From: an uncultured Cohaesibacter sp.
GTDB lineage: Bacteria > Pseudomonadota > Alphaproteobacteria > Rhizobiales > Cohaesibacteraceae
Length of the DNA: 64,000 bases
Direction of reading: 5' to 3'
Assembly (NCBI RefSeq): GCF_963556055.3
Contig: NZ_CAUVYE020000024.1
Location: 10,513 to 74,512, forward strand
The translations under genes were made by a program, and so were the position numbers. A model generated the notes under the pieces. It worked only from the letters and a program-made list of their open reading frames with translations. It was not told the origin of the DNA and did no database searches. Position 1 is the first letter of the stretch. Every line of letters starts with the position of its first letter. This document shows, in pieces, positions 9,935 through 19,153 of the stretch.

Positions 9935-11041
9935 CTATTGCAGAGCCTTGATTGCCTCAAGAACAGCTGCGCCCATTTCGCTGGTGGTTACGACCGTGTC
10001 GCCTTCCTTGGCGATATCACCGGTGCGCAGGCCTTTTTCCAGAACGTTGGCAATGGCCTTGTCGAGCATGTCCGCTTCCTTGATCATTTCGAAGCTGTAA
10101 CGCAGCGCCATGGAGAAGGACGCGATCATGGCGATGGGGTTGGCGATGCCTTTGCCTGCGATGTCTGGGGCAGAACCGTGAACCGGTTCATACATGGCCT
10201 TGCGTTTGCCGGTGGTTGCATCCGGTGCGCCGAGGGAAGCCGATGGCAGCATGCCAAGGGATCCTGTCAGCATGGCAGCAACGTCGGAGAGGATGTCGCC
10301 GAACAGGTTGTCGCAGCAGATGACGTCAAACTGTTTCGGGCGGCGGACCAGCTGCATCGCGCAGTTGTCGGCCAGAACATGTTCGAGCGGAGTTTCCGGA
10401 TATTCCTTGGCACCGATGCGGGTCACGACTTCTTTCCAAAGCACGCCGGATTTCATGACATTGTGTTTTTCCGCAGACGCAACGCGGTTCGAACGGGTTT
10501 TGGCAAGGTCGAAGGCAACCCGAGCAATGCGCTCGATTTCCGATGTGGTGTAGAGCTGAGTGTCAACGGCTCGTTTCTGGCCATCTTCCAGCGTGACGAT
10601 TTCTTTTGGCTCACCGAAATAGACGCCACCGGTCAGCTCGCGAACGAGCAGGATATCAAGACCTTCAACCAGTTCCTTTTTCAGCGATGATGAATCTGCA
10701 AGAGCCGGATAGCACAAAGCCGGACGCAGGTTGGCAAACAGGCCCAGATCCTTGCGGAGGCGCAGCAGGCCCGCTTCGGGGCGGGCTTCATACGGTACGT
10801 CTGCCCATTTCGGGCCGCCGACGGCGCCGAAGATAACGGCGTCTGCCGCCATGGCCTTGGCCATGTCTTCTTCCGAGATGGCCACACCATGGGCATCATA
10901 GGCGGATCCGCCCACAAGACCTTCATCTGTTTCGAAAGTGACATCAAGATTGGCGTTCATCCAGTCGATGATCGCTTTCACTTCATTCATGATTTCAGGG
11001 CCGATGCCATCGCCGGGCAGAAGAAAGAGTTTGTGGGACAT
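9935..11041 (-). CDS. leuB: 3-isopropylmalate dehydrogenase
   Basis: MSHKLFLLPGDGIGPEIMNEVKAIIDWM...; LVRELTGGVYFG; NLFGDILSD motifs. Start chosen at ATG 11041 (368 aa); the track ORF extends to 11089. Confidence 0.95.
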   Translation of the reverse strand: MSHKLFLLPGDGIGPEIMNEVKAIIDWMNANLDVTFETDEGLVGGSAYDAHGVAISEEDMAKAMAADAVIFGAVGGPKWADVPYEARPEAGLLRLRKDLGLFANLRPALCYPALADSSSLKKELVEGLDILLVRELTGGVYFGEPKEIVTLEDGQKRAVDTQLYTTSEIERIARVAFDLAKTRSNRVASAEKHNVMKSGVLWKEVVTRIGAKEYPETPLEHVLADNCAMQLVRRPKQFDVICCDNLFGDILSDVAAMLTGSLGMLPSASLGAPDATTGKRKAMYEPVHGSAPDIAGKGIANPIAMIASFSMALRYSFEMIKEADMLDKAIANVLEKGLRTGDIAKEGDTVVTTSEMGAAVLEAIKALQ

Positions 11042-11191
11042 GGGTTCCATTCCAGTTACGATTGGGGTTTCGAAACTGCGCGGACGCAAGGATCGAAAAG
11101 ATAAAGGTCGTTTTGCATTCGATTAATACCGGTTCGGCGTGAATGCAAGCATTAAGCAGCAGGTTCCGCGCCGCTGCCCCGCGATTTGGTA

Positions 11192-11220
11192 CAAAAAAGC
11201 CAAACCCCAAGGTTTGGCTT
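11192..11220 (-). terminator. Rho-independent terminator downstream of leuD
   Basis: Perfect 10-bp stem AAGCCAAACC / GGTTTGGCTT with a 4-nt loop. On the minus strand it is followed by TTTTTTGT. Confidence 0.8.
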
Positions 11221-11308
11221 TGACTTGTATAGAGCAAAGCTCAGTGGTTACTCAGCCAAAACCACCTGCTCAATGCTGCGCATTTTGCGAGGCAAACGAT
11301 GCCAGACC

Positions 11309-11914
11309 CTAGACCCAGGGGCGTTCCTTGAGCATTTTACCTTCGAATGTTTCGACGCGGTCGATCTTTTCCATGGTCAGGCCGATATCGTCGAGGCCTT
11401 CGAGCAGGCATTTTTTCTTGAAAGGATCAAGTTCGAAGCTGATCTCGCCGCCATCCGGGCCCTTGATGACCTGATTTTCAAGGTCGATGGTCAAGGTCGC
11501 GTTGGCACCGCGTTCCGCATCATCCATCAGTTTGGCATGATCTTCCTCACTGACGATGATTGGCAGAATGCCGTTCTTGAAGGTGTTGTTATAGAAGATA
11601 TCGGCGAAGCTGGTGGAGATGACGCATTTGATGCCGAAATCCTTGAGTGCCCAAGGGGCATGTTCGCGCGAGGAGCCACAGCCGAAATTGTCGCCGGCAA
11701 CAATGATTTCCGCCTTGCGATAGGCATCCTGATTGAGAATGAAATCGGCATTTTCCGTGCCATCTTCATTATAGCGCATTTCATGGAATAGATTGACGCC
11801 GAGTCCCGAGCGCTTGATCGTTTTCAGGAACTGTTTCGGGATGATCATGTCGGTGTCGATATTGATCAGCGGCATTGGTGCTGCAACAGCAGTCAAGGTG
11901 GTGAATTTTTCCAT
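11309..11914 (-). CDS. leuD: 3-isopropylmalate dehydratase small subunit
   Basis: [39 protein letters not shown]...[17 protein letters not shown]. Start chosen at ATG 11914 (201 aa). Confidence 0.95.
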   Translation of the reverse strand: MEKFTTLTAVAAPMPLINIDTDMIIPKQFLKTIKRSGLGVNLFHEMRYNEDGTENADFILNQDAYRKAEIIVAGDNFGCGSSREHAPWALKDFGIKCVISTSFADIFYNNTFKNGILPIIVSEEDHAKLMDDAERGANATLTIDLENQVIKGPDGGEISFELDPFKKKCLLEGLDDIGLTMEKIDRVETFEGKMLKERPWV

Positions 11915-11936
11915 TCTCTTGGCGGTCCTTTGCGAT

Positions 11937-12893
11937 TTAGAGATCGGCAGCGACGAGACCAGTGGTTTCATCGATTCCCATCATGATGTTCATATTCTGT
12001 ATGGCGGCGCCTGACGCCCCTTTGCCCAGATTGTCATAGACGGCGAGAATGACGGCTTGGCCGGTTTCATCATTGCCGTGTACATGGATATGAAGCGAAT
12101 TCGTTCCGTTCAGGCGTTCCGGTGTGATGGCTTCCAGGCGTCCTGCCGCTTGCAGTGGCGCAACCTTGACAAAAATCTCGTTTTTATAGCGTTGAGACAG
12201 GCAGTCATGCAATTCACCTAATTTCGGAGCCTGTTCAAGCGCCCACAGGTTAAGCGGGACGGCGTCGATCATGCCTTGCGCATAGCGACCAACGGCAGGC
12301 TGGAAAACGGGTGGATGCGACAGGCCTGCATAGGCCAGCATTTCCGGTACATGCTTGTGCTGAAGGGTCAGGCCATAGGGCCAGTAGGGCACCGAGACCG
12401 GCGCTTCCTCGCGCTCATAATCGGCGATCATGCTTTTGCCGCCGCCGGAATAGCCCGAAACGGCATTAACCGTGGCGGCAAAATCCTGCGGGATCAGACC
12501 GGCATCGACAAGGGGACGCATGATGGCGATATAGCCTTGCGGATAGCAGCCGGGATTGGCCACGCGCTTGGAGCTGGCAATCGCCTCGCGCTGACCCGGT
12601 GTCATTTCAGCAAAGCCATAGGCCCAGCCGTCCGCAGTTCTATGCGCTGTCGACGCGTCGATGACGCAGGTGTCCTTGTTGTCGATCAGGCTGACAGACT
12701 CGATTGCCGCCGCATCCGGCAGGCAAAGGATTGCGATATCGGCCTCGTTGAGCATCTGTGCCCTGGCTTCGGTGTCCTTGCGCAGGTTATCGGGAAGGCG
12801 CAGCAGTCGGACATCCTGGCGGCCTTCAAGACGGTTCCGAATCTGCAATCCGGTTGTGCCTACTTCGCCATCGATGAATATTTTTGCGCTCAT
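11937..12893 (-). CDS. argC: N-acetyl-gamma-glutamyl-phosphate reductase (short type)
   Basis: 318-aa [25 protein letters not shown]... with the active-site context ANPGCYPQG. Confidence 0.92.
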   Translation of the reverse strand: MSAKIFIDGEVGTTGLQIRNRLEGRQDVRLLRLPDNLRKDTEARAQMLNEADIAILCLPDAAAIESVSLIDNKDTCVIDASTAHRTADGWAYGFAEMTPGQREAIASSKRVANPGCYPQGYIAIMRPLVDAGLIPQDFAATVNAVSGYSGGGKSMIADYEREEAPVSVPYWPYGLTLQHKHVPEMLAYAGLSHPPVFQPAVGRYAQGMIDAVPLNLWALEQAPKLGELHDCLSQRYKNEIFVKVAPLQAAGRLEAITPERLNGTNSLHIHVHGNDETGQAVILAVYDNLGKGASGAAIQNMNIMMGIDETTGLVAADL

Positions 12894-12983
12894 TGTCTTA
12901 TAACCTGATAGTGGGTTTCATTGTTGTTGCAGCATGGGAATGCCGCCAAATGGGGAATTGCTTACAGCATGCAGGAGAGTTTG

Positions 12984-13256
12984 TCATCGGGTGAAATGAT
13001 TGACCAGCCACAGGACCAAAATAATTGCAAAGATTGCGCCGCCGATGCGACCAATTCTGGTCCCCCAGACCTCGATCGGGTCATTTCGGTCCATGTCTGC
13101 CGCGCCAAGATGATCCTTGGCCTTGTTTGCCGTTCGGGCAAAGGCGGATGTGCCAAGGGCCTCCCCTTCCATTTCGACACGCTTGAGCGCTCGTTCGGCC
13201 TGTTGCTGCCGAGCGTCATTGCGCTGTTGTCGTGACTGATGGCTCTGCTTTGTCAT
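12984..13256 (-). CDS. Small tail-anchored membrane protein, hypothetical
   Basis: 90-aa ORF with a Q/R-rich polar N-terminus and a single C-terminal hydrophobic helix (IGGAIFAIILVLWLVNHF). It lies 90 nt upstream of argC on the same strand. No family recognised. Confidence 0.5.
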   Translation of the reverse strand: MTKQSHQSRQQRNDARQQQAERALKRVEMEGEALGTSAFARTANKAKDHLGAADMDRNDPIEVWGTRIGRIGGAIFAIILVLWLVNHFTR

Positions 13257-13460
13257 AAATGCATCTTTAGCCTTCTTTTCATTCCGGTTTCAAGCAAAGA
13301 TACGAAGAAGAGATGAAGAGATGTGACCTTTTTGTTCGTTTTCGTATCGCCAGAGGCACTATTGCCGCATTTGGTCTTGACTTGCGGCAATCCATGCCGC
13401 TAAGAGGCTGATTGTGAACCGAGAGGGTTGGGCACGCGTTGCCGCATTCGGGAAAGTGAT

Positions 13461-13574
13461 ATGGCGCTTTTTGTAAAATCAGCAAAGATGGCTCTGATCA
13501 TTGGCAAGACTGCCGATGCGATGGCCGCTGGCCTTACCACACCGACAACAACCACAACTACCACCAAGGTTTAG
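13461..13574 (+). CDS. Candidate Thr-rich leader peptide upstream of asd
   Basis: ATG 13461 (alternative ATG 13488) to TAG 13572-13574 encodes MALFVKSAKMALIIGKTADAMAAGLTTPTTTTTTTKV. Codons 13536-13565 are ACC ACA CCG ACA ACA ACC ACA ACT ACC ACC. A GGGAAAG purine stretch sits just upstream of ATG 13461. The ORF is too short for the ORF track. Confidence 0.5.
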   Translation: MALFVKSAKMALIIGKTADAMAAGLTTPTTTTTTTKV

Positions 13575-13700
13575 TCCCTCTCGCTCCCTGCTCGCTTCCC
13601 CCAGGGATGTGAGGGGGAGCGGAACCGCCTGTTCGAAAGCAAAAGCTTGAGACCGGCGGCAACCTTAGGGGGAGCTACTTGGATCAGGAGATCATTGACA
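13575..13700 (+). promoter_or_regulatory. asd leader RNA with mutually exclusive CU-rich/GA-rich pairings
   Basis: Four segments: A CGCTCCCT (13582-13589), B GCTTCCCCC (13594-13602), C GGGGGAGCG (13613-13621), D GGGGGAGC (13668-13675). C can pair with A or B, and B can pair with C or D. The asd SD AGGAGA is at 13686-13691. No U-tract follows the B:C stem. Confidence 0.4.
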
Positions 13701-14745
13701 ATGGGTTATAAAGTTGCAGTTGTCGGGGCCACGGGCAATGTCGGTCGTGAGATGCTCGATATTCTTGCCGAACGCGGTTTTTCCCGCTGATGAAGTCGTA
13801 GCATTGGCGTCTAGCCGTTCCAAGGGCAAGGATGTGTCCTTCGGAGACAAAAACCTGAAATGCCAGGTGCTGGACAATTATGATTTTTCAGACACCGATT
13901 TCTGTCTGATGTCGGCAGGTGGCAGCACCTCTGCCGAATGGGCACCAAAAATCGCCGCACAGGGCTGTATCGTGGTCGATAACAGCTCTCAATGGCGTTA
14001 TGACGAGCGTATTCCGCTGATCGTGCCGGAAGTCAATGCTCATGTGCTGGAAGAGTGGATCAAGAAAAAAGATCGCATCAATATCATTGCCAACCCGAAC
14101 TGCTCAACGGCTCAGTTGCTGGTTGCTTTGAAACCTCTGCATGACAAGGCAACCATCAAGCGCGTCGTTGTGTCCACCTATCAGTCCGTTTCCGGGGCTG
14201 GCAAGGAGGCCATGGATGAACTTTTCACCCAGACCCGTGCGGTGTTCGTGTCCGATCCGATCGAAGTGAAGAAATTCACCAAGCGCATTGCCTACAACGT
14301 CATCCCTCATATCGACAAATTCATGGATGATGGCTCCACCAAGGAAGAATGGAAGGTGGTCGCCGAAACCAAGAAAATGCTCGATCCGAAAATCAAGGTG
14401 ACCTGCACCGCTGTTCGCGTGCCGGTATTCGTCTCTCACGGTGAAGCTGTGAACCTTGAATTTGAAAATCCCATTTCCGCCGATGAAGCACGCGATATCC
14501 TGCGCGAAGCGCCTGGCTGTCTTGTGGTCGACAAGCGTGAAGATGGTGGTTACATCACCCCGGTGGAAGCGGCCGGTGAAGATGCGACCTATATTTCCCG
14601 TATTCGTGAAGACTCCACCGTTGATAATGGCCTCAATATGTGGGTGGTCTCTGACAACCTGCGCAAGGGTGCCGCGCTCAACACGGTTCAGATTGCCGAA
14701 GCCCTCGTCAACAAGGGGCTGGTCAAACCGCGTTCCGAGGCTTAA
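13701..14745 (+). pseudogene. asd: Aspartate-semialdehyde dehydrogenase, interrupted by an apparent +1 frameshift in a T5 run (13778-13782)
   Basis: ATG 13701 gives MGYKVAVVGATGNVGREMLDILAERGF, then a stop at 13788. The track ORF 13714..14745 continues in the next frame with FPADEVVALASSRSKGKDV... Removing one T restores a roughly 347-aa Asd. The extra base is probably a sequencing artefact. Confidence 0.9.
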
Positions 14746-14775
14746 GGCCATTTGATCCCGGATCCTGAATGCAAA

Positions 14776-14808
14776 AACGGCCTGATTTTGTCAGGCCGTT
14801 TTTTGTTT
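14776..14808. terminator. Bidirectional rho-independent terminator between convergent asd and carbonic anhydrase genes
   Basis: Perfect 10-bp stem AACGGCCTGA / TCAGGCCGTT, flanked by an A-run on the left and TTTTTGTTTG on the right. Confidence 0.85.
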
Positions 14809-14828
14809 GTTGTTGCTGTCGGGCAGGA

Positions 14829-15471
14829 TCACACCTTGATGAAGGTGCCTTTTTCTTCCTCGTAATATTCAAGCTCTCCATCGGAAATGTCAAACCATGC
14901 GCCATGCAGGCTGAGGGTTCCCGCAGCGACGGCGTCTTTCACGAATCTGTAGGAATAGAGATTTTCCAGCGAATGGATGATCGAAGTCCGTTCCAACATG
15001 CCGCAATGGTCCAGTTCGGGGCGGTTCATGGCCTTGAAGCGGATCGGGTTGTCGGCGGCCTCAAGCTGGCCTGACCATTGTCCGATATAGTCGCTTTCGG
15101 ACAGGGGTTCTGAATCTTCGGCCAAATAGGCCTTCACGCCTCCACAGCGGCCATGGCCCATGATCACGATATGCTCGACCTTCAGGCCGTTGACGGCAAA
15201 TTCGATGGCTGCCGTGGTGCCGTGAATGCCATGATCCTGCGATGACTTGTGGGGGATGATGTTGGCGACGTTGCGCATGACAAAGATCTCGCCCGGACCT
15301 GCATCAAAGATGATCTCAGGCGCGGCACGGCTGTCGCAGCATCCAACAAGCATGATCTTCGGACTTTGGCCTTTTTTCTGCCAGCTTCTGATAACGGCCC
15401 TGTTCGGTCGGGAATCGTCCCTTTTTGAACTCGGCATAGCCTTCGAGCAATCGTTGCGGTAGTTGGACCAT
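14829..15471 (-). pseudogene. Beta-class carbonic anhydrase, apparent +1 frameshift in an A6 run (plus-strand T6 at 15372-15377)
   Basis: ATG 15471 gives MVQLPQRLLEGYAEFKKGRFPTEQGRYQKLAEK. The track ORF frame continues GQSPKIMLVGCCDSRAAPEIIFDAGPGEIFVMRNVANIIP...GHGRCGG. Removing one A joins them into about 213 aa. Confidence 0.88.
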
Positions 15472-15568
15472 GGCATCCTCATCTGCAAGTTAGTGGATAT
15501 TACGTATGACATCTCGCGCTACTTGGCCAGAAAATCAAGGTGCAGACTGAAATTTCCTGGCGTTCGGG

Positions 15569-16525
15569 TCAATCTTTTTTGCTTCTGCTGACCGAAGTGG
15601 CTTTACTGACCATTCCGATCTGGCGCATTTGAACCATGGCCATTGGGGATTGGAAGCGATCAGAGAAACGGGCGACTTCAAGATCGCGATAGCCGTTTCG
15701 GGTGGAGCGGGAGACAACCTCCAGAACACCGCTTGAGGCCAGTTTGAGGGCCTGAGCGAGCGGCGCTCCCGGCCATGACGCGTGCCAGAAACAGTGCAGC
15801 GGTCATGTCGCCGGTGCCATTTTGCGGTTTGGGCACTGCCGGATGTTCGCACAGAATTGGCAAATCGGCTTCACCTTCGATTGCTCTTGTTACCAACAGA
15901 TTGGCAATGGCATTGCGCATCATCGCAAAGGCACTGGTAACCAGAGTGGTTTGGCAGCCGAGTTTCGCAGCCTGTCGGATCAGGCCGTCATTATTCTCCT
16001 CGTTCGATTGTGTCAGCCAGTTGAGCTCGAACCGGTTGGGGGTGATGATGGTCGGCGCGCGGCAACAATTGTGCCTGAATGGCCTCGGCAATCTCTTGCG
16101 AGACATATAAGCCCTCGCGATCCCCGATGACAGGATCGCAGAGAAAGATAGCGTCCGGATTTGCCGCTTTCAGGCTGTCTGCCAACCTGGCGATGGCCGC
16201 GACCTGATCGACTGAGCCCAGATACCCCGAATAGAGCGCTCCCACTTGGGCAAAGTCGGGATGACGGGATAGATCTTCAAGGCTTTTGGCAAAGAGCTCG
16301 GGATCTATCTGTTGTCGTGTGGCGGGGCCATGTCCGGGATGCCAGGGGAGAATGACGGTGGGGACTTCCCAAAACCGGGTGGCCGAGCCGTTCCAGGGCA
16401 AAGGCAGCGGCGCGGTTGCCCACCGCGCCAGCCATGACGTGAGAGGAAATGACAATCACCGGTTTTGCCTCGACCGGAGCATTGGGATTGTTCGGGGAGC
16501 CCGGCAGGGATGTCATTTCACTCAT
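15569..16525 (-). pseudogene. Pyridoxal/pyridoxine/pyridoxamine kinase (PdxK/PdxY family) with three apparent +1 frameshifts
   Basis: Pieces 16277..16525, 15991..16455, 15678..16106 and a fourth frame ending at TGA 15569-15571 join as ...FALERLGHPVWEVPTVILPWHPGHG...LLPRADIITPNRFELNWL...NGTGDMTAALFLARVMAGAPLAQALKLASSGVLEVV... The extra bases sit in A4 16381-16384, GG 16050-16051 and CCC 15768-15770 (plus-strand coordinates). Confidence 0.85.
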
Positions 16526-16547
16526 TCATTCACTCGATCTTGCTTTG

Positions 16548-17715
16548 TCAGATGATGTTGAATTCTCTGACCGGTTTATTCTCAGCGATCCTTTCATAGC
16601 CGAAAATAGACAGATCAAGCGAGCGATATTCGCCATAAAGGAGGAGTTCTCCAATGCCGCGACCAGCGCCCGGACCATGTTGCAGGCCATGACCGGAGAA
16701 ACCGGCACACATGTAGAAATTGGTGATGTCCGGATGCACGCCGATGAAGGCGTTCTGGTCCAGAGTGCAATATTCATAGTGACCGGCCCATGCATTGGTC
16801 ATCTTGATCGCGTCAAATCCCGGCATGCGGTTGTAAAGCGAAGGCCAGATCACCTCCTCGAACAGGTCGTAGTGGGGGTCGTGATCCTCATAGTCGGCTG
16901 CCGGGTCTTCCAGTGGAGGGCAACCGGAGATTGTAGACGTCCCCTTCGGGACGAATGTAGACACCGGAGGTGTCGGTGATCAACGGCATGTTCGGATGCG
17001 GTTTCTTGTTGTCGATGACGAAGATGGTGCGTTTGCGAGGCTCGATGGGCAGATCGATCCCGAGCATGGCTGCGACCTTGCCGGCATTTGCCCCGGCGCA
17101 GTTGACAGCGGCACCGCAGGCGATGGTTTCGCCATCGGCCAGCTTGACGGCTGTCACCTTGCCACCCAGCTGATCCATGCCAACAACCGTGCCCTTGGTA
17201 AAGTGCGCGCCTGCCGCAATGGCTCCTTTGCGGACAAGGTCGAGGAACATGTGCGCATCAAACCAGCCTTCGCCAGAGCGGCCATAGGCTCCGGCTGCGA
17301 GGTCATCGACATTGAGCCATGGGAAGGTCTTTTTCATCTCACCGGGTGTCATCAGATCGACGTCTGCACCGCATTCCACCTGGGTCTTGTGATTGTTTTG
17401 CAGAATTGGAAGACCGGCCTCTGAGGCCAGAATGAGATAGCCGCCTTCATGATAGGCGATATCTGCGTCCTCTCCGAAGCGGTCCTTGAGCTCGCCAAAG
17501 AATTGAAGCCCGAACTGGGAGAGGGAAATATTCTCAGGCGTTGAGAATTGCTGGCGGATCGATGCCGCCGAAAGGGTTGTTGAACTGTTGGCATAGCTTG
17601 GGTCCTGTTCGACCACAATGACAGAGCCCTCGAAGCCGAGATCCTTTTTCAGGAAATAGGCCACTGAAGCTCCCATGATTGCGCCACCTATGATGACGAT
17701 ATCTGCCTGTTTCAT
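16548..17715 (-). pseudogene. FAD-dependent oxidoreductase (DAO family), apparent +1 frameshift in a G4 run (plus-strand C4 at 16941-16944)
   Basis: The N-terminus MKQADIVIIGGAIMGASVAYFL is a Rossmann GxGxxG FAD fold. Track pieces 16888..17715 and 16548..16964 join as ...SGVYIRPEGTSTISGCPPLEDPAADYEDHD... when one G is removed. Confidence 0.85.
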
Positions 17716-17847
17716 TTGCTGTTCCGTTTTTTCTTCTTGTTCACCTAGAGGAAGATTGGCCTAAGGAAGGGATGGCTCAGCGCGTCTTTCAGTGTTTTAA
17801 GTTGTCGCGCGCCTACGCATACTGCATCAAAGATCGGAGAAATTTCA

Positions 17848-18737
17848 ATGTCTTTTAGACCACGTCGTTCAGCTCTCTACATGCCAGGATCCAATGCCCG
17901 TGCCCTTGAAAAGGCCCGTGGTCTTGATGTGGATGTGCTGCTTCTGGATTTGGAAGATTCGGTGGCCATGGACATGAAAGAGACCGCTCGCGAGCAGGTC
18001 GCCAAGGCTGTCCGGGACGGGGGCTTTGGTCATCGCGAAGTGGTGATCAGGATCAATGGGCTCGAGACCCCAGTGGGGGGAAGATGATCTCAAGGCCGTC
18101 CTTGCCGCCAAACCCGATGCGGTGCTGGTGCCCAAAGTCAACTCTGCCGAGGATGTGTTTGCCATTGGTCGCAAACTCAATGATGCCGGAGCGGATCAGG
18201 ACCTCAAGATCTGGGCGATGATCGAGACGCCGCAAAGCGTGTTGCGGGCGCTCGAAATCGCCGAGGCGACACAGGAATATCATGGTCGCCGTCTTTCCTG
18301 TTTCATATTGGGAACCAACGACTTGGCCAAGGAAACAAGAGCGTCTATGGTGCCCGGGCGTGCTCCATTTTACGGTTTGTTGATGACCTGTCTTGCCGCT
18401 GCGCGCAGCTATAATCTCGATATTCTCGACGGGGTGTTCAACAATTTCAGTGATGCCGATGGCTTTGTCGACGAATGTGTTCAGGGCAAGGAAATGGGTA
18501 TGGATGGCAAGACCATCATTCATCCGAAACAGATCGCCGACTGCAATCGGATATTCTCGCCGGACGAGGCTTTGGTCGAGTGGAGCCGCAAGATAATCTG
18601 GGAATTCGATGCGCCGGAGAATCTTTCTAAAAATGTCATGACAATCGATGGGTAAAATGGTCGAACGGCTGCATGCCGAAATGGCCCGTCGGGTGGTCGA
18701 TATTGCAGAGGCCATTGCAAGACGCAATGAGGAATAG
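17848..18737 (+). pseudogene. CitE/HpcH-family lyase-like protein (malyl-CoA lyase/thioesterase-like), two apparent +1 frameshifts
   Basis: MSFRPRRSALYMPGSNARALEKARGLDVDVLLLDLEDSV... The first shift lies within CCCC/GGGGGG at 18068-18080 (RINGLETP|WGEDDLKAV). The second lies in GGG 18650-18652, after which the shifted frame reads GKMVERLHAEMARRVVDIAEAIARRNEE to TAG 18735-18737. Confidence 0.85.
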
Positions 18738-18739
18738 TC

Positions 18740-18958
18740 ATGAACGAAAAACAAAGAGTCTACCGGTTTCTCACAGGCGTGGATAATGCCGACTTTTGTC
18801 ACAAGGTGACAGAGGCCCTTTCCAAGGGCTGGGTGCTTCACGGCTCACCGAGCTATGCCTTCGACGCGGAAGCAAAAGTGATGAAATGTGGTCAGGCCGT
18901 GGTCAAGGATGTAGAGCCCTTTGCCTATAGCCGCGAAGTGGTTCTGGGCTCGATCTAG
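18740..18958 (+). CDS. Small conserved hypothetical protein (DUF1737-like by recollection)
   Basis: 72-aa ORF MNEKQRVYRFLTGVDNADFCHKVTEALSKGWVLHGSPSYAF... It starts 3 nt after the restored CitE-like stop and is followed by a strong terminator. Confidence 0.65.
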   Translation: MNEKQRVYRFLTGVDNADFCHKVTEALSKGWVLHGSPSYAFDAEAKVMKCGQAVVKDVEPFAYSREVVLGSI

Positions 18959-18976
18959 ATCGAGACATGTGACATG

Positions 18977-19011
18977 GGCAAAGCGGAACGGATATCCGCT
19001 TTGCCATTTTT
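18977..19011 (+). terminator. Rho-independent terminator after the CitE-like/small-ORF pair
   Basis: Perfect 10-bp stem GGCAAAGCGG / CCGCTTTGCC followed by ATTTTT. Confidence 0.85.
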
Positions 19012-19153
19012 GGCTCAAGGTTCAGGGGATTGCTTCCGTCTTCCTTGATCTGCCTTCTCCTTTCCTCCAAGAGACAGCTTTGTTGCAGTGCAATATAGTC
19101 TGCTGCAATCGGCGTCTGAAATGCTCTTTGCGAGGCGCATCAGGGAGGACAGT

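Noticed and set aside
15535-15852. A 105-aa minus-strand track ORF within the pyridoxal kinase region, which might be a fourth gene fragment.
   Set aside because: The correct C-terminal continuation of the kinase (PLAQALKLASSGVLEVVSRSTRNGYRDLEVARF...) is in the remaining frame, ending at TGA 15569-15571. This ORF is an out-of-frame by-product.
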